Positions 39,501 to 51,990 are shown, numbered from the stretch's first letter. The stretch is 64,000 nucleotides of DNA from Heptranchias perlo (GCF_035084215.1 NC_090333.1:17360001-17424000), one strand, 5' to 3'. Made by a program: numbers and translations. The notes: generated by a model not told the origin, from the sequence alone.

Positions 39501-42500
39501 TCCTACTTCAACTATGGGAAGGATATAGAGGAGCAAATTTGCAGGGAAATTACAGAGAGGTGCAAGAACATTGAGTAGTGATAATGAGGGACTTCAACTA
39601 CCCTAATATAGACTGGGACAGTAATAGTGTAAACGGCAAAGAAGGGAAAGAATTTCTGAAGTGTGTTCAGGAGAACTTTCTTGATCAGTATGTTTCCAGA
39701 CCAACAAGGAAGGAGGCATTGCTGGATTTGGTTCTGGGGAATGAGGTGGGTCAAGTGGAGCAAGTGTCAGTGAGGGGGAACATTTAGGGAACAGTGATCA
39801 TAGTATCATAAGGTTTAGATTAGCTATGGAAAAGGACACAGGGTAATCTAGAGTAAAAATACTTAATTGGAGGAGGGCCAATTCAGTGGGTTCAGAACAG
39901 ATCTGGCCCGAGTAAATTGGATTCAAAGATTGGCAGGCAAAACTGTAATAGAACAATGTGTGGCCTTTAAAGAAGATATGGTTCGGGTACAGTCTAGATA
40001 CATTCCCACGAGGGGGATAGGTAGGACAACCAAAGTCAGACTTCCCTGGATGACGAAAGAGATAAAGAGCAAGATGAAGCAGAAAAAGGGGGCGTTTGAC
40101 AGATGTCAGGTTATTAATACAAGTGAGAACCAGGCTGAGTATAGAAAGTTCAGAGGAGAAGTAAAAAAGGAAATAAGCGGGCCAAAGAAAAAGTATGAGA
40201 ATAGACTGGCAGCTAACATAAAAGGGAATCCAAACATCTTCCACAGGTGTATAAATAGTAAACGGGTTGTAAGAGAAGGGGTGGGGCCGATTAGAGACCA
40301 AAAAGGAGATCTACTCATGGAGGCAGAGGGCATGGCTGAGGTACTAAATGAGTACTTTGCATCTGTCTTTACCAAGGAAGAAGATACGGCCAAAGCCACA
40401 GTAAAAGAGGAGGTAGTTGAGATACTGTGTGGGATAAAAATTGATAAAGAGGTACTAGAAAGGCTGGCTATACTTAAAATAGATAAGTCAGCAGGTCTGG
40501 ATGGGATGCATCCTAGGTTGCTGAGGGAAGAAAGGGTGGAAATTGCAGAAGTATTGGCCACAATCTTCCAGTCCTCCTTAGACACGGGGTGGTGCCGGAG
40601 GACTGGAGAATTGCAAATGTTACACCCTTGTTCAAAAAAAATGTAAAGATAAACTCAGCAACTACAGGCCAGTCAGTTTAACCTTGGTGGTGGGAAAGCT
40701 TTTAGAAACAATAATCGGGACAAGTGTGCATTAATAAGGGAAAGCCAGCACGGGTTTGTTAAAGGCAAATCGTGCTTGACTAACTTGATTGAGTTTTTTG
40801 ATGAGGTAACAGAGAGGGTTGATGAGGGCAATTGGTTGATGTTGTGTATATGGACTTTCAAAAGGCGTTTGATAAAGTGCCACATAATAGGCTTGTCAAT
40901 AAAATTGAAGCCCACGAAATAAAAGGGGCAGTGGCAAGGTGGATATGAAATTGGCTAAGTAATAGGAAACAGAGGGTAGTGGTGAACGGCTGTTTTTCAG
41001 ACCGGAGGAAGATATGCCACGGTGTTCCCCAGGGGTCGGTACTGGGATCACTGTTTTTTTTGATATATATTAATGACTTGGACTTGGGTGTACAGGGCAC
41101 AAGTTCAAAATTTGAGCTAACACAAAACTTGAAAGTGTAGTGAACAGTGAGGAGGATAGTGATAGACTGCAAGAGGACATAGACAGGCTGGTGGAATGGG
41201 CGGACACGTGCCAGATGAAATTTAACGCTGAGAATATGAAGTCTTACATTTTGGTAGGAAGAACGAGGAGAGGCAATATAAACTAAAGGGTATGCAGGAA
41301 CAAAGAGACCTGGGGGTATACGTACACAGGTCGTTGAAGGTGGCAGGACAGGTTGAGAAAGCGGTTAAGAAAGCATACGGAATCCTGGGCTTTATAAATA
41401 GAGTCATAGGGCCCGATATTAGGAGGGAGGCGGGTTCTCAGCAGGGGGTGGGGGGGGGTCGACTGGGCGCGTGGGTAACGCGCCCGGTGAAATCAGTGTG
41501 CTCCGCAGGCTGATTGGAGCCACTTACCCGTGCTTCCGGGTTTCGCGCTGGAAAGCTGCACGGCGGGCGGACTGCGCACGCGCAGCAAAGTCTGTCAGCT
41601 GGAGGAGCCCTATTTAAAGGGGCAGTCCACCAATGCGCCTCCTGCAGCAAACAACCAATTCTGAACCATGGAGCAGGCCAGAGGGAAGGCTGCCCCAGGA
41701 TTTTCGGACTCCTCACTCCAGGTGCTGCTGGATGGGGTGAGGAGGAGGAGGGAAATCCTTTTCCCATCCGATGGGAGGAAGTGCCCTCCCTCCACCACGA
41801 AGAAGGCCTGGCTGGAGGTGGCCGAGGAGGTCACCAGCAGCGGCAATGTGCCAAGAACCTGGGTCCAGAGCAGGAAGAGATTTAATGACCTAACCAGGTC
41901 AGCCAAAGTGAGTATACTTACGCATTCTCGCACACACTGTCTTCCACATCACCTCCACCACCACACAACCCCTTCTGCACTGCCACCACAATGCTCTCGC
42001 ATCGCTCCTCACATCCACTCAACTATCATCCTCACCTTGCCTACACGTACTCACCACCCCTGTCTCCATTTGAACACTACCACGCAACCCAATCCTCATA
42101 CAATATCATGGCTTTGTTGCACACGCACCCTCCCATGCACCTCCCTCACGCTCAACCCCACCCACACCAATGCATGCAGCGGGTCACCATGCAACCATCA
42201 CTCAATCATGCCTCTGTGTTTTGCCTTGATAGGAGATGAGATGCCAGAACGCCCGGAAGAGGGCACAGACCAGAGGGGGCCCGCCACACCAGGTGGCACT
42301 AACAGACGCAGAGCAGCAGGCATTGGAGATCAGCCGCACGCTGGAATGCCTGTCCGTGGCGGATGCTGAGGCTGGGATTGCACAAGCGGCTGGTGACAGA
42401 AAGCTAACACTCAGCACTCATGATAGCAAATGATCTTAGCATCACTTGGCATCTGCAGCACCTCAACATCTGTCCACATGCCTAATATTGCTTTCTGTTC

Positions 42501-45500
42501 TCTTGCAGACCCATCTGTGAGCGCCGTGACCGTGGAGGGCAATTCCTCAGAGGACCTGCCTGCCTCTGAGGGTCCATCGTCCCATCTCAGCCATGCATCC
42601 ACCAGCGCAGATACACACACCTCGGTGGGTCCCCGTCCTCACTTAGTTGGGCTTGCACATGGTGAGTCACCACGCACATGTGAGCACGAGCAGACACTGG
42701 TGGCAGGGGCAGCCGTGGAGAGTCCGCATCGGTGGGAGCACTCTTCTCCAGGCTCTGCTCAGCTGATGCTGAACCCTGGGGGCCAGCTGTGAAAAGGAGA
42801 GTCGTCGAGGGGCAGCAGCAAATTGCCGAGGTGCTGGAACAGGTGCCACGCGCACTCTCCACAATCTTGCAGAGGATGAAGGAGTCCAACTCCTGCATGA
42901 GGAGAATGGTGGCACAGGTACAGGAGGATATCTCTGAGATAGTGTCGCAGGGACGTGAAGGCATCTCTGAGATAGTGTCGCGGGTAGGTGCAGGAATGTC
43001 TGCGATGGAGGAAAGGCTAGCCTCCCTCGAGCGTCAAGCACGGCTCAACAATGAGTCCATTCAGGCCCTGACAACGGCCGTTCGGATTCAGGGTGAGCAA
43101 CATTCTGCCGCCTTAAACAGGCTGACAGATACTTTACAAGTGGCCTTCCAAGGCCTCACACAAGCCCTGCAAACTGCCGTCCAGCATGGTGGAAGGAGTG
43201 ACGTGGGCCTGGGCCACGAGAGGGATGATGGTGAAAGGGGACATGGAAGCGGGGACGCCACTCAAAGCGTTCCCACGTCTCACCCGTTGCCCCCCTCTCA
43301 AACAGTACCCGCAATGCTGCCCCCTCTCCAGGTGGCCGAGTCTGCCCCTGCACAGGTGCAGGTGGAGCAGTCTTTGGAGGGGCCCTCATGGGCACCGAAA
43401 CCCAGAGGGCATCGGCCCAAAGCATCTAATCGGTCAGGGCATGGACAAGAGCAACCTGCCACTACCTCTGCTGAAGCCACAGGGGTAGCACCACGTAGGG
43501 GTTCCCGGAAACGCAAGGCGAAGGTTTTGTGAGCACAAAGGGAATGCACAAGGGTGTCTGACGATTTGTCATGTTTTTTTATTTATATTTCTTTTCTGCC
43601 ACATGCACAATAAATATTATTATCACCACTACTGCCACGTCTTGCCCATTCTTGACTGGCTTGTGGAATAGGTCCCTTTCATGGGGTTCACCGTGAACAT
43701 GCACACTTGATGCCACCCATTGTGTCACTGCAGAGTGGGTGTAGGTGTATTTGCAGGGCTCTTTTGTACAGACGACTGAGAGACATCGGCGATGTCCCCG
43801 GTGGCACCTGGAAGGATGCGGAGGAGAAGTTGTTGAGGGCAATGGTGACTTTGACAGAAGAGGTGCTCGGGCCAGCTGGGAGCAGCTCGGCATGAACGAG
43901 GCTGCAGATGTCCACGACTACATGTCGAGTGACTCTGAGCCTCCATGCGCACTGCTGCTCAGAGAGGTCCAGGAAGCTGAGCCTCGGTCTGTAGACCCTG
44001 TGGCGAGGGTAGTGCCCTCTGCAACGCATCTCTCTGTTGTTCCCCTCCCTCCTGCTGTGCAGGTGGATGTGTCACATCACTGTGTTGTGGAGCTCCACCT
44101 GTCAGAGGTGGACGGCATGGTCGGTGATGCTGTTCGCCCTCCGAGGAGGTCATGACTGCAGCTATGTCGGCCCCCATCCGGAAGATGTACATCTGAGGGG
44201 GTCCGCAAGGTAGGTAAATGTGTCTGGACACCGGGGTAAGTGTGCAAGTTTGTGAATTTAATTGTTAGGAGGAAGGTGGTGGAGGCCAAACTTTGTCCGA
44301 AGTGACAGAGTGGCCTCCTGCAATGAGTGAGGGTCTCCCCCCACCTCCCCCACCTGTCAAATGGACCTTTGCAGCTGCCACAGGCTGATGGCTGCAACAC
44401 GTCCATTTGAACTGGGAGTGTTTCCCCCAGTACGGGAAACAGTCTCAGTTCATTTCAAAATCCCACCCCTCCTAAAATATCAGGTCAATCAGGTCTGTAA
44501 ACGACCTGAAGTACCTGTTTAAGTACTTTAAGTGGCACCCTGCCAACTTTAATTGCCGGCGGGAGTCCCACATACGGGGGCTGCGCGCGCATGTCAGCGC
44601 GTCACTGGGGAACCCGGAAGTGGGCGGGCTCCAGACCCGCCCCGGGAATCCCCGATTTTCGCAGCCCACCCGCCACAAACGCACCCGACCGGGGGTGCGA
44701 AAATCGAGCCCATAGAGTACAAAAGCGAGGATGTTATGTTGAACCTTTAATATACACTGGCTCGGCCACAATTGGAGTATTGTGTCCAATCCTGGGCACC
44801 GCACCTTAGGAAGGATGTGAAGGCCTTAGAGAGGGTGCAGAAAAGATTTACTATAATGGTTCCAGGGATGAAGGACCTCAGTTACGTGAATAGACTGGAA
44901 AAGCTGGGATTGTTCTCCTTAGAGCAGAGAAGGTTGAAAGGAGATTTGATAGTGGTGTTCAAAATCACGAAGGGTCTAGACAAAGTAAATACAGAAAAAC
45001 TGTTCCCACTGGCGGAAGGGTCGCAAACCAGAGGACACAGGTTTAAGGTGATTGACAAAAGAATCAAAGGCAACATGAGGAAAAAATTTTTTACACAGCG
45101 AGTGGTTAGGATCTGGAATGCACTGCTTGAAAGGTTGGTGGTAGCAAGTTCAAGTGTGGCTTTCAAAAAGCAATTAGATAGGTACCTGAAGGAGAAAAAT
45201 TTGCAGAGCTACGGGGAAAGAGCGGGGAGTGGGACTAGCTGGATTGCTCTTGCAGAGAGCCAGCGCAGGCTCAGTGGACCGAATGGCCTCCTTCTGTGCC
45301 ATAACCATTCTATGATTCCATGGTAGCACTCGAGTCAGAAAGTTGTTTCCTCAAGTCTCATTCCAGGACTTGAACACCTAATCTAAGTTGACGTCTCAGT
45401 GCAGTACCGAGGGACTGCTGCATTGTCAGATGTTCATTTTTTTGGATGAGACGTTAAGTCAGTGTTCCGTCTAACTATTCAGATGGATATAAAAGATCCC

Positions 45501-48222
45501 ATGGCACTATATGGAGAAGAGTAGAGTTCTCCCAGTGTCCTGGCCAACATTTTTCTCTTGATCAACAGCATCAAAAACAGATTAACTGGTTATTCACTCA
45601 TTTACTGTTAACTCTGGGGCCTTGCTATGCTCACAATGGCTATCACTTTTGCCTACATAACAAGTGACTGAACTTCAAAAGTAATTCATTGGTTGTGAAA
45701 GGCTTTCAAAAATCTTGACATGATAAAGGCACTATACAAATGCAAGATTTTTTCTTTCTTCTTAAAATGTGTAACAAATGCAAGAAGCTTTGCACTCTAA
45801 TTTACAGTTACTGCTCTGTGTATACTCACCTGTACTATATGGTCTAGTATTTTCAAGCAGTTTTCCCTGTGTTCTATTTCTCGCTCGTCTCTCAAAGCAC
45901 AACTGACAATAGGACCAACAAGATTCCAGCCCATGCAGACAACAAAGTCCTGTAAGATATTAAATGAGGGTGAGGGAAAGAAACAGAAAATAGAATGGTA
46001 AATTAAATAGGTCCAATGCATATAGATGTTGCATCTATTTTTTCACAAAATTTTACCTTAAAAAGGTACAGGTTGTCCTACCAAGGGGCAGTTGCTATGG
46101 CATTAGCACAATGGGTTATTGGCTCATTTCCAAAGGAATGGTTTAAAGAGTTTAAATGGGAGCTGTATACTTTATTCTAAACTCCAAGTCACAAGGTTGT
46201 GGGTTCAAGCCACATTCGAGGTCTTCAACATATAATCTAGGCTACAACTTCAGTGTAGTTGTGAGGAAGTCTTACATTGTCGGAGGTATTGTTTTGTAGC
46301 TGAAAAGTTAAACCGAGCCCTATCAGCCAACATCACCAAAATACAAATTAACTACACATTCATCTCATTTTCTGTTTATAGGGCTTCACTGTGCATAAAT
46401 TGGCTGTCATATTTGCGTAATTCATTGGTTGTCGCATTTGCGTAATTCATTGGTTGCAAAGTACTTTGGGACATATTTAGCAATTAATAAGATGCTATAT
46501 AAATGCAAGTTATTTTTTCCTTCCTGTCTAAGACTTTTTAAAAATCTTGAGGCATGGTTAGACGGGCTATCCTTAGCCTTCACTCTTTTGAAAACTTTAT
46601 AAGCAGGGTCATTGTTTTAATCTTTTCAATTAATTCAATTTTTATTACATAGGGTTTTCTGTATTTTTAGGGATCGTATTCCATGGTTCCATCCATTTAT
46701 CCTTGAAAAATACAAACTACTGGCCCCGTTTAAAATTGTTTTCTAAAGAAAGAAAGGTTACCATGGTGGTATAATAAATGCATGATGGGAATAACTATCT
46801 GTTTAAGTATTGTTGCCTTAGCAAGGTCAGGTTTTAAAAAAAGACATTAAAGTATTTTAAAGAAAAAACATATTCTTCACATCAGATAATAAAATGTGAC
46901 TTTAATTATGGTACTGGCTTTTTAAAAAATTGCATGATATTCAATTGGAAACTTGTAGTTTAAACTTCTTCACTGTAGAATTATATAAAAGATGAATATA
47001 GAATTATGGAGAAGATCACAGAAATGTAATCAATATATAAGCTATTATTGAATGGAGCAAAATGTACATTGATCCCAGATAAATTGGTGGGTACTGATTC
47101 TAAAATTTATGAGCAGTGTTAATTTACTGAAAGATTTCAGCATACATACCCCAAAGAATTATTGAACCAGGTGGTAAATAATGGGAGATGGATTGAGCTA
47201 TAATGTGTTCCTAGTTAAAAATTTTGCCATTCTGAATGTTAAAGTCAAGTAACAGATCTTTTGACTTAATGTTTTTAAGTTATTTGTACTGCATGAAAAA
47301 TAGTTGATATAGAAGTATAACATTTCAAAGTAAGGCGTTTATCCACATAACTAATCCAGTTACTTTTTGACAGAAAACAGTATATCTATATAAAACACAG
47401 CAGAAATGTTATAATTGTAGTAGCACCTTGTTTTGTTCCTCTTGTAAAATTTCCAAAAGTTTAGCTGCATGCCCTTCTTCCACACACTGGCGGGCTGCTG
47501 ATTGAAAAATGCTGTGATCTTCATCTTTAAACTCTGTTTCAGGTAGACCTCGCTAAAATGAGTAAAACAACCCCTTTAATCTATGTAAAGTGGTAAACAA
47601 TTTCAGACAACTTTATCTGATGTTACCTAAAGTAAAACATCTGTATATCGCATTACATGGTCTACTGTAGTACAACTATAAATTTCATGATTCATTACTG
47701 GTCTATAATTTCATCCCAGAAACTAGGTTAGAAGTAAGCCTTATGCTGCAGCAATAATCTCAAACTAATAGGATTTCCTCTTTACAGTTTTGTTCTGGAG
47801 TCAGTGACTAAAATTAATCAACTTTCACTATATTAAAAAATAAGCAGGCATCCTATTGTTCTTTTCAAATGTTAAATATATTTTATTATTTTTACAAAAC
47901 ATTTAACATTTCTTGACAAGCTGCAATAGTAACATACAAGCAAACGTGTAGTAAATCCTGCTTTATTAGTCATGTCTAATTGGCTAAGTCTCTGATGATC
48001 GAATGTCTGTATTAATTATTCTAAAAATACAGCTCTTAAAGGTTCTGGAGCTTAATCACTGACATTCACTTCTTAAATTTGGAAATATTGAGGATTGTTA
48101 AATAGAAAACAATGTAACTGTACATCTTTGCTGTATATGAATAGAAGCATAATGAAAGGAGAATAAAAGCTTGCAGTACTTACACATCGCTGAATTACCT
48201 CTTGCAATTCTTCTAAAGCCAT
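24430..48222 (-). CDS. GLMN: Glomulin (FKBP-associated, RBX1/CRL regulator), 604 aa, 18 coding exons
   Basis: Exons 48184-48222, 47427-47552, 45830-45949, 38604-38712, 37769-38015, 37562-37664, 36056-36246, 34572-34625, 33803-33833, 33478-33567, 33284-33325, 33122-33195, 28948-29032, 27225-27334, 26269-26332, 25152-25278, 24670-24746, 24430-24555 (1815 nt, GT-AG, phases consistent). [73 protein letters not shown] match glomulin. Confidence 0.95.
24670..24746 (-). CDS. GLMN: GLMN coding exon 17
   Basis: [25 protein letters not shown]. Confidence 0.88.
25152..25278 (-). CDS. GLMN: GLMN coding exon 16
   Basis: TGIWTDL...[20 protein letters not shown]. Confidence 0.92.
26269..26332 (-). CDS. 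GLMN: GLMN coding exon 15
   Basis: [21 protein letters not shown]. Confidence 0.92.
27225..27334 (-). CDS. GLMN: GLMN coding exon 14
   Basis: [29 protein letters not shown]. Confidence 0.92.
27630..28545 (+). mobile_element. CR1 3' fragment interrupted by an oppositely oriented CR1 tail (~27961-28317)
   Basis: [10 protein letters not shown]...KNFFTQR breaks at 27960 and resumes GTGGTTAGGATCTGGAATGC at ~28320. Confidence 0.85.
28948..29032 (-). CDS. GLMN: GLMN coding exon 13
   Basis: [28 protein letters not shown]. Confidence 0.92.
29790..32215 (-). mobile_element. Tx1/L1-clade LINE, 5'-truncated, frameshifted RT and C-terminal region
   Basis: [57 protein letters not shown]; AT-rich 3' UTR 29800-30190; boundaries approximate. 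Confidence 0.85.
33122..33195 (-). CDS. GLMN: GLMN coding exon 12
   Basis: [24 protein letters not shown]. Confidence 0.9.
33284..33325 (-). CDS. GLMN: GLMN coding exon 11
   Basis: [14 protein letters not shown]. Confidence 0.9.
33478..33567 (-). CDS. GLMN: GLMN coding exon 10
   Basis: [30 protein letters not shown]. Confidence 0.9.
33803..33833 (-). CDS. GLMN: GLMN coding exon 9
   Basis: [10 protein letters not shown]. Confidence 0.88.
34572..34625 (-). CDS. GLMN: GLMN coding exon 8
   Basis: [17 protein letters not shown]. Confidence 0.88.
36056..36246 (-). CDS. GLMN: GLMN coding exon 7
   Basis: VFLLAIGE...[23 protein letters not shown]. Confidence 0.9.
37562..37664 (-). CDS. GLMN: GLMN coding exon 6
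   Basis: [14 protein letters not shown]...FAAEIL. Confidence 0.9.
37769..38015 (-). CDS. GLMN: GLMN coding exon 5
   Basis: [12 protein letters not shown]...LCKCC...KPFVDEV...LKEELLK. Confidence 0.92.
38604..38712 (-). CDS. GLMN: GLMN coding exon 4
   Basis: [17 protein letters not shown]...[10 protein letters not shown]. Confidence 0.92.
41668..43532 (+). CDS. Harbinger-encoded Myb/SANT-like DNA-binding protein (spliced; possibly frameshifted)
   Basis: Exons 41668-41907 ([13 protein letters not shown]...[11 protein letters not shown]...[13 protein letters not shown]), 42233-42392, 42509-; frame change near 42760; TATTTAAA at 41611, ACCATGG Kozak, AATAAA at 43609. Confidence 0.7.
43750..44180 (-). 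pseudogene. Harbinger transposase N-terminal remnant; no DDE domain seen
   Basis: [17 protein letters not shown]...[32 protein letters not shown] in shifting frames, ending abruptly. Confidence 0.7.
45322..45750 (+). mobile_element. Deu-domain SINE (SacSINE1/AmnSINE-like); related copy ~46180-46510
   Basis: AAAAGATCCCATGGCACTAT and GTTCTCCCAGTGTCCTGGCCAACAT motifs with L2-like AAATGCAAG tail; family name from memory. Confidence 0.6.
45830..45949 (-). CDS. GLMN: GLMN coding exon 3
   Basis: [19 protein letters not shown]...LDHIVQ. Confidence 0.92.
47427..47552 (-). CDS. GLMN: GLMN coding exon 2
   Basis: [42 protein letters not shown]. Confidence 0.9.
48184..48222 (-). CDS. GLMN: GLMN coding exon 1 (exon extends to 48252 as UTR)
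   Basis: [13 protein letters not shown]; GTAAGT donor. Confidence 0.9.
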
Positions 48223-48774
48223 TTTGATGTTGCTTTCTACCCACATTTAGAACTGGAATATACAAGAAAAACACAGAGCATCAAGTTTGAAGAAGAAAAA
48301 TGAATAGTAGTCTCTCAACAATTATATTATCCCTCATCATTTTTGTAAGTATTTTAAGAGTCATTCCCCCAACGGCTCAGTTGAAATATAAACTGCCCAC
48401 TATGGAACTAAGCCATACTGACCAGGAAGATCCCAGGTTTGAAATATCCTAAATTAGCTCATTTCAACTGGGGCAGTGATATCGGCACTACAATTGGTCA
48501 AGGCCTGGGTGTGGGCCCGGTGGATCAGGTTTCCACTCTGCATTTCCATCAGTTTTTAATTTCAAATCCTAGCCACATGACATCAATTGTAGCACACCCC
48601 GGCATCACCTCAGCTGGTATCAGTCAACTTAGAGACCAGAAATTGAACCTAGGCGGTTCCTCAGTTGTCGTACATATGACATATTTACCCGCTGAGCAAT
48701 CAGGGGAGATAGTTTGACTCAAATAGCAAGTTTAGCTTTCATTTTGGCTAAAGTGCACATTCCCTAAAACTCCC

Positions 48775-48854
48775 TGACGAAGGAGAAAAGCTCCGAAAGC
48801 TTGTGATTTCAAATAAAGCTGTTGGACTATAACCTGGTGTTGTGCGACTCCTTA
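48775..48854 (+). mobile_element. Short Penelope-like insertion with hammerhead core, 12-bp TSD
   Basis: CTGACGA-AGGAG-AAAAG-CTCC-GAAAGCTTGTG...GGACTATAACCTGGTGTTGT; direct repeat CCTAAAACTCCC at 48763-48774 and 48855-48866. Confidence 0.75.
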
Positions 48855-51589
48855 CCTAAAACTCCCGTATGATGATTGAAAATAACAGGAGCTTGGGAGA
48901 GTTTCTAATAGCTGCCGCCTACAGTACAGATCAGAGTTTATCTAGTAAGTAGCTGAGCCATAGAAACTAGGAAAGTCCCAGGTTTGATTCTTAGTTTGTG
49001 GTAAGGTGGCTGAGATCAGCTAACTCAGCACAGACTAGGAATCAAACCTGGGACCTCCCTGGTATTACAATTGGTTGAGACTTTCCTAGGTCTACAACTG
49101 AGCTTAGTACTTAGATGAGGTGAATTTCAGTTCCAGGTTGCTACTCAGTAATCCCTGCTGGAAGTTAATGTATGTGGTTATCAGATGAGCACAGAGCTGG
49201 GGTCAGCTGTGATGCTGTCACAACTGAATAATGGGCACTTGGGTGAGATTCTAGAGGTGTGCAGCACTCCATGGAACCATACCCAACAATGTCTTTAGGA
49301 GAGCAGAGATGAAAATTGGTAGAAGAATCATCAAAATGAAAAAATACAGCACAAATGTGCAATTTTCCTCAGGAACGGCTAGCATGCAATATGTTGTCAT
49401 TCCTGCAAGTGCATGGCTGCTCTACTTAGGCAGTGCCCAACAGGCAGCCCATGGGTCAAATATGGCCCACAATTGCTTTTCCTCCAGTTGGCATTTCTTC
49501 TCATATTAGGCACACATAGTCAACTATGGTTAGTTTAAATGGGAGCGAAAAGTAATCTCAGTTGAAATCAATTTTGTATGTTTAATATGAAGCACAGGCC
49601 AGACAAACAGCTCGGCTAGTCCTCCAGCCCTACTTTAAAAAAAAACTTTCCAGGGCTGCAGGACTAGAAAAGCAAAAAAAATGCCAAGGCAGTTTAAAGA
49701 GCTGAAGCTGAATCTCCCCAGTTTTCAAGCTTTGCAGGAGGGAATAGATGGCAGTGAGGACAGAGGAAGAGAAGGATAAGAACAGTGGAAAGGAGTTTTT
49801 TTTTAATGTTTGATGGCTTAGAAAGGATTCTTGATTTTTTGTTTAGGGCCTGCATTTTTGTATGGGGTCCTACAATTTTTGTGTATGAGAGTTTGAATTT
49901 TGTGTGCATCCGGGCTCATAATACTGCAAAATCACACAGCCCAAACTGGCTGTGACGGGGCATCCGGCCGCCAGCTCCAGAAGTTTGGGCACCCTGCTTT
50001 ACTTGGAGTTGAGACATATTTTTGGGCAGAGCAGGAGCTTTATTCTGTATCTGCCCTAGAAATACCTGTTTTGGGAGTGATCGGTGCTAACAGTGGGCAA
50101 CAAAATTGGAAAAATTTTCCATTCCCCACCATAGTACTCCTTCATCTTAAAAAGCAAGACAAAAGACAACAAACCTTTAGCCAGCACTATTAATCACAGT
50201 GGAAAACTCCAATATGCTCAGCTGTGTTCCATCTCTTACAGAAAGGCATCCCCCCACCAAGAAAAAAAATCACATATTGGGTATGATTTTGCCACACAAG
50301 TAGTTCTACCTACCCACCAATGCCTAGACCAATCTCATGATCACAATAGGAGTGCTGTTTTTCCCATAGTGCAGAATGGCTATTACTATATAAGCCATTT
50401 TGTGTGTCACTCTGTACAGGGGAAAATGTTATTGTGTGTATGTGTTGACACCTACATTTTCTTATTTAGTAGTGAAATGGCATAGCTGATGGCGGTGCAA
50501 GTAACACACGTCTGAAGTTTGATCCTGGCACAGATAGCTTAAGTTGGGCTATACAGTTGCTAAAGTCTGACACCTATGCGTGAGGTAGAAGGCAGCAACC
50601 AGAATGCAGAGATGAGCGAAAGGCTTCATTTAAACAGTGGCATTTTTACTGGAAATGTTTGGTGAATCTGTTCAATTCACCTTTTTTCTTTGTTCATGGT
50701 CCCTTTACACTTAGCAATAAGTAAGGAGGCTCTGGATTAGCTCCCAGGCTGTTTCCAAATCATAGCCCTTTCTGCCTTTGATATAGCTGCTCTAGGACAC
50801 ACAGTGTACCTTCCTGTCAATGTCATGGAGCAGCCTCACAGTCGGGTCTCCACTAGATAGATGGCTTTAAAATAAAAATTCAAATATACAATACTTTGAA
50901 TTAAAAAATGCACCTATCAATGGGTAAGACCAGCCAACTGATGTGCTGACTGATTTTTCTCATAATGCAGAGTGGCACATATTGTAAATACTGAGTTTCC
51001 TGCACCATTAATCATTCAACTGCAATTTCTTGGCACAGCACATGTTCAGGAATGCAACAGAATAAGCAATTAAGCTCTTGAAATGTCAGAATTACACAGA
51101 AAATACGATTGAGGACATGGAAAGGGTCCCAGATTAAATGTGAGGCCACATCCCTAGGCTGACCACCATCCTCTTTTGAACAGGACAGTCCAGTTTTTAA
51201 AGGTTTACCTGGCATTTTGACAAATGAAAGCCAAAAAGAAAAATAAAATCTGCTTTTGGATAGCTAGCTCTCTGGCAACTGAAAAGCCTCACAATGAAGA
51301 CCTACCAACTATTGACACTGACAGCTCTACTTGGTTTAAATTAAGTGGAAAATATTTTCCTCCATTTGTCTCCTCAATCTTAAAGGGGGGGGGAAGGAGG
51401 AGATCACTTTGCTATTGGTCACAGAGTGAGATTTAGGATAAGAGAGTGAGGCAGATTGCAGACACGCGTGCAGATTAAAATAAAATGGAGTTGCATTTAA
51501 TATTTCAAAGCAAGAATAAACATCAAAAGTAAGTTACAATGTTAAACCACTTGACAGATCTACAATTGTAATGAGAAGGCACTGGGAAC

Positions 51590-51990
51590 CAACAGCAACC
51601 CCGCGCCCCCACCACCACCAAATCTGCAGTAACTGAATATTAAATCGGAAATGTCTAAACTCAACACATTAATCCACGGCCCCTACTCCATCGCCCATCT
51701 CCAAACATCGTTCGAACGGCCTCGCGACGAACGCGAACGCACGTGCAGGCCGACTGACGGTTGGATTTTAAACCGGACCATTCCATCCCCTCCCCCAACC
51801 TACCTCCCCCCTCGCCGCTCCCTTACCTTCCCATCACAGCTGCCGAACGCACACGCGTTTTGACGCAACCTTACGCTGCAAGGGCGGGACTTTCCTAGGT
51901 CAGGAGATACTCCAGGGCGGACGCCCACATCTGCCCTCACCCAATCGCCTTGTGTGAGAGAAGGGAATCCCTACCTCGGCTTAATTCCTT
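51590..51990 (-). promoter_or_regulatory. GLMN: CpG island with putative GLMN promoter and non-coding exon 1
   Basis: CpG-rich; minus-strand donor GAAG|GTAAGG at 51827/51826; GGGCGG and CCAAT boxes at 51880-51945. Confidence 0.65.

Larger units (their letters stand above)
41409..44711. mobile_element. PIF/Harbinger DNA transposon (3303 bp), internally deleted transposase
   Basis: Imperfect TIRs GGGCCCGATAT / AAATCGAGCCC, 3-bp TSD ATA (41406-41408, 44712-44714), convergent Myb/SANT (+) and transposase (-) genes. Confidence 0.88.
39140..45322 (+). mobile_element. Near-complete CR1 ORF2 (APE endonuclease + RT), degenerate, split by a Harbinger insertion
   Basis: [16 protein letters not shown]...[31 protein letters not shown] motifs and 3' tail; sequence continues in register across 41408/44715. 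Confidence 0.9.

Noticed and set aside
41908-42369. His/Thr/Pro-rich C-terminal part of the 233-aa ORF 41668-42369
   Set aside because: Read-through of a GT-AG intron (41908-42232); real coding continues in another frame at 42233.
48360-48450. tRNA gene (GGCTCAGTTG...GGTTTGA A/B-box-like motifs)
   Set aside because: Degenerate tRNA-derived SINE head; no cloverleaf.
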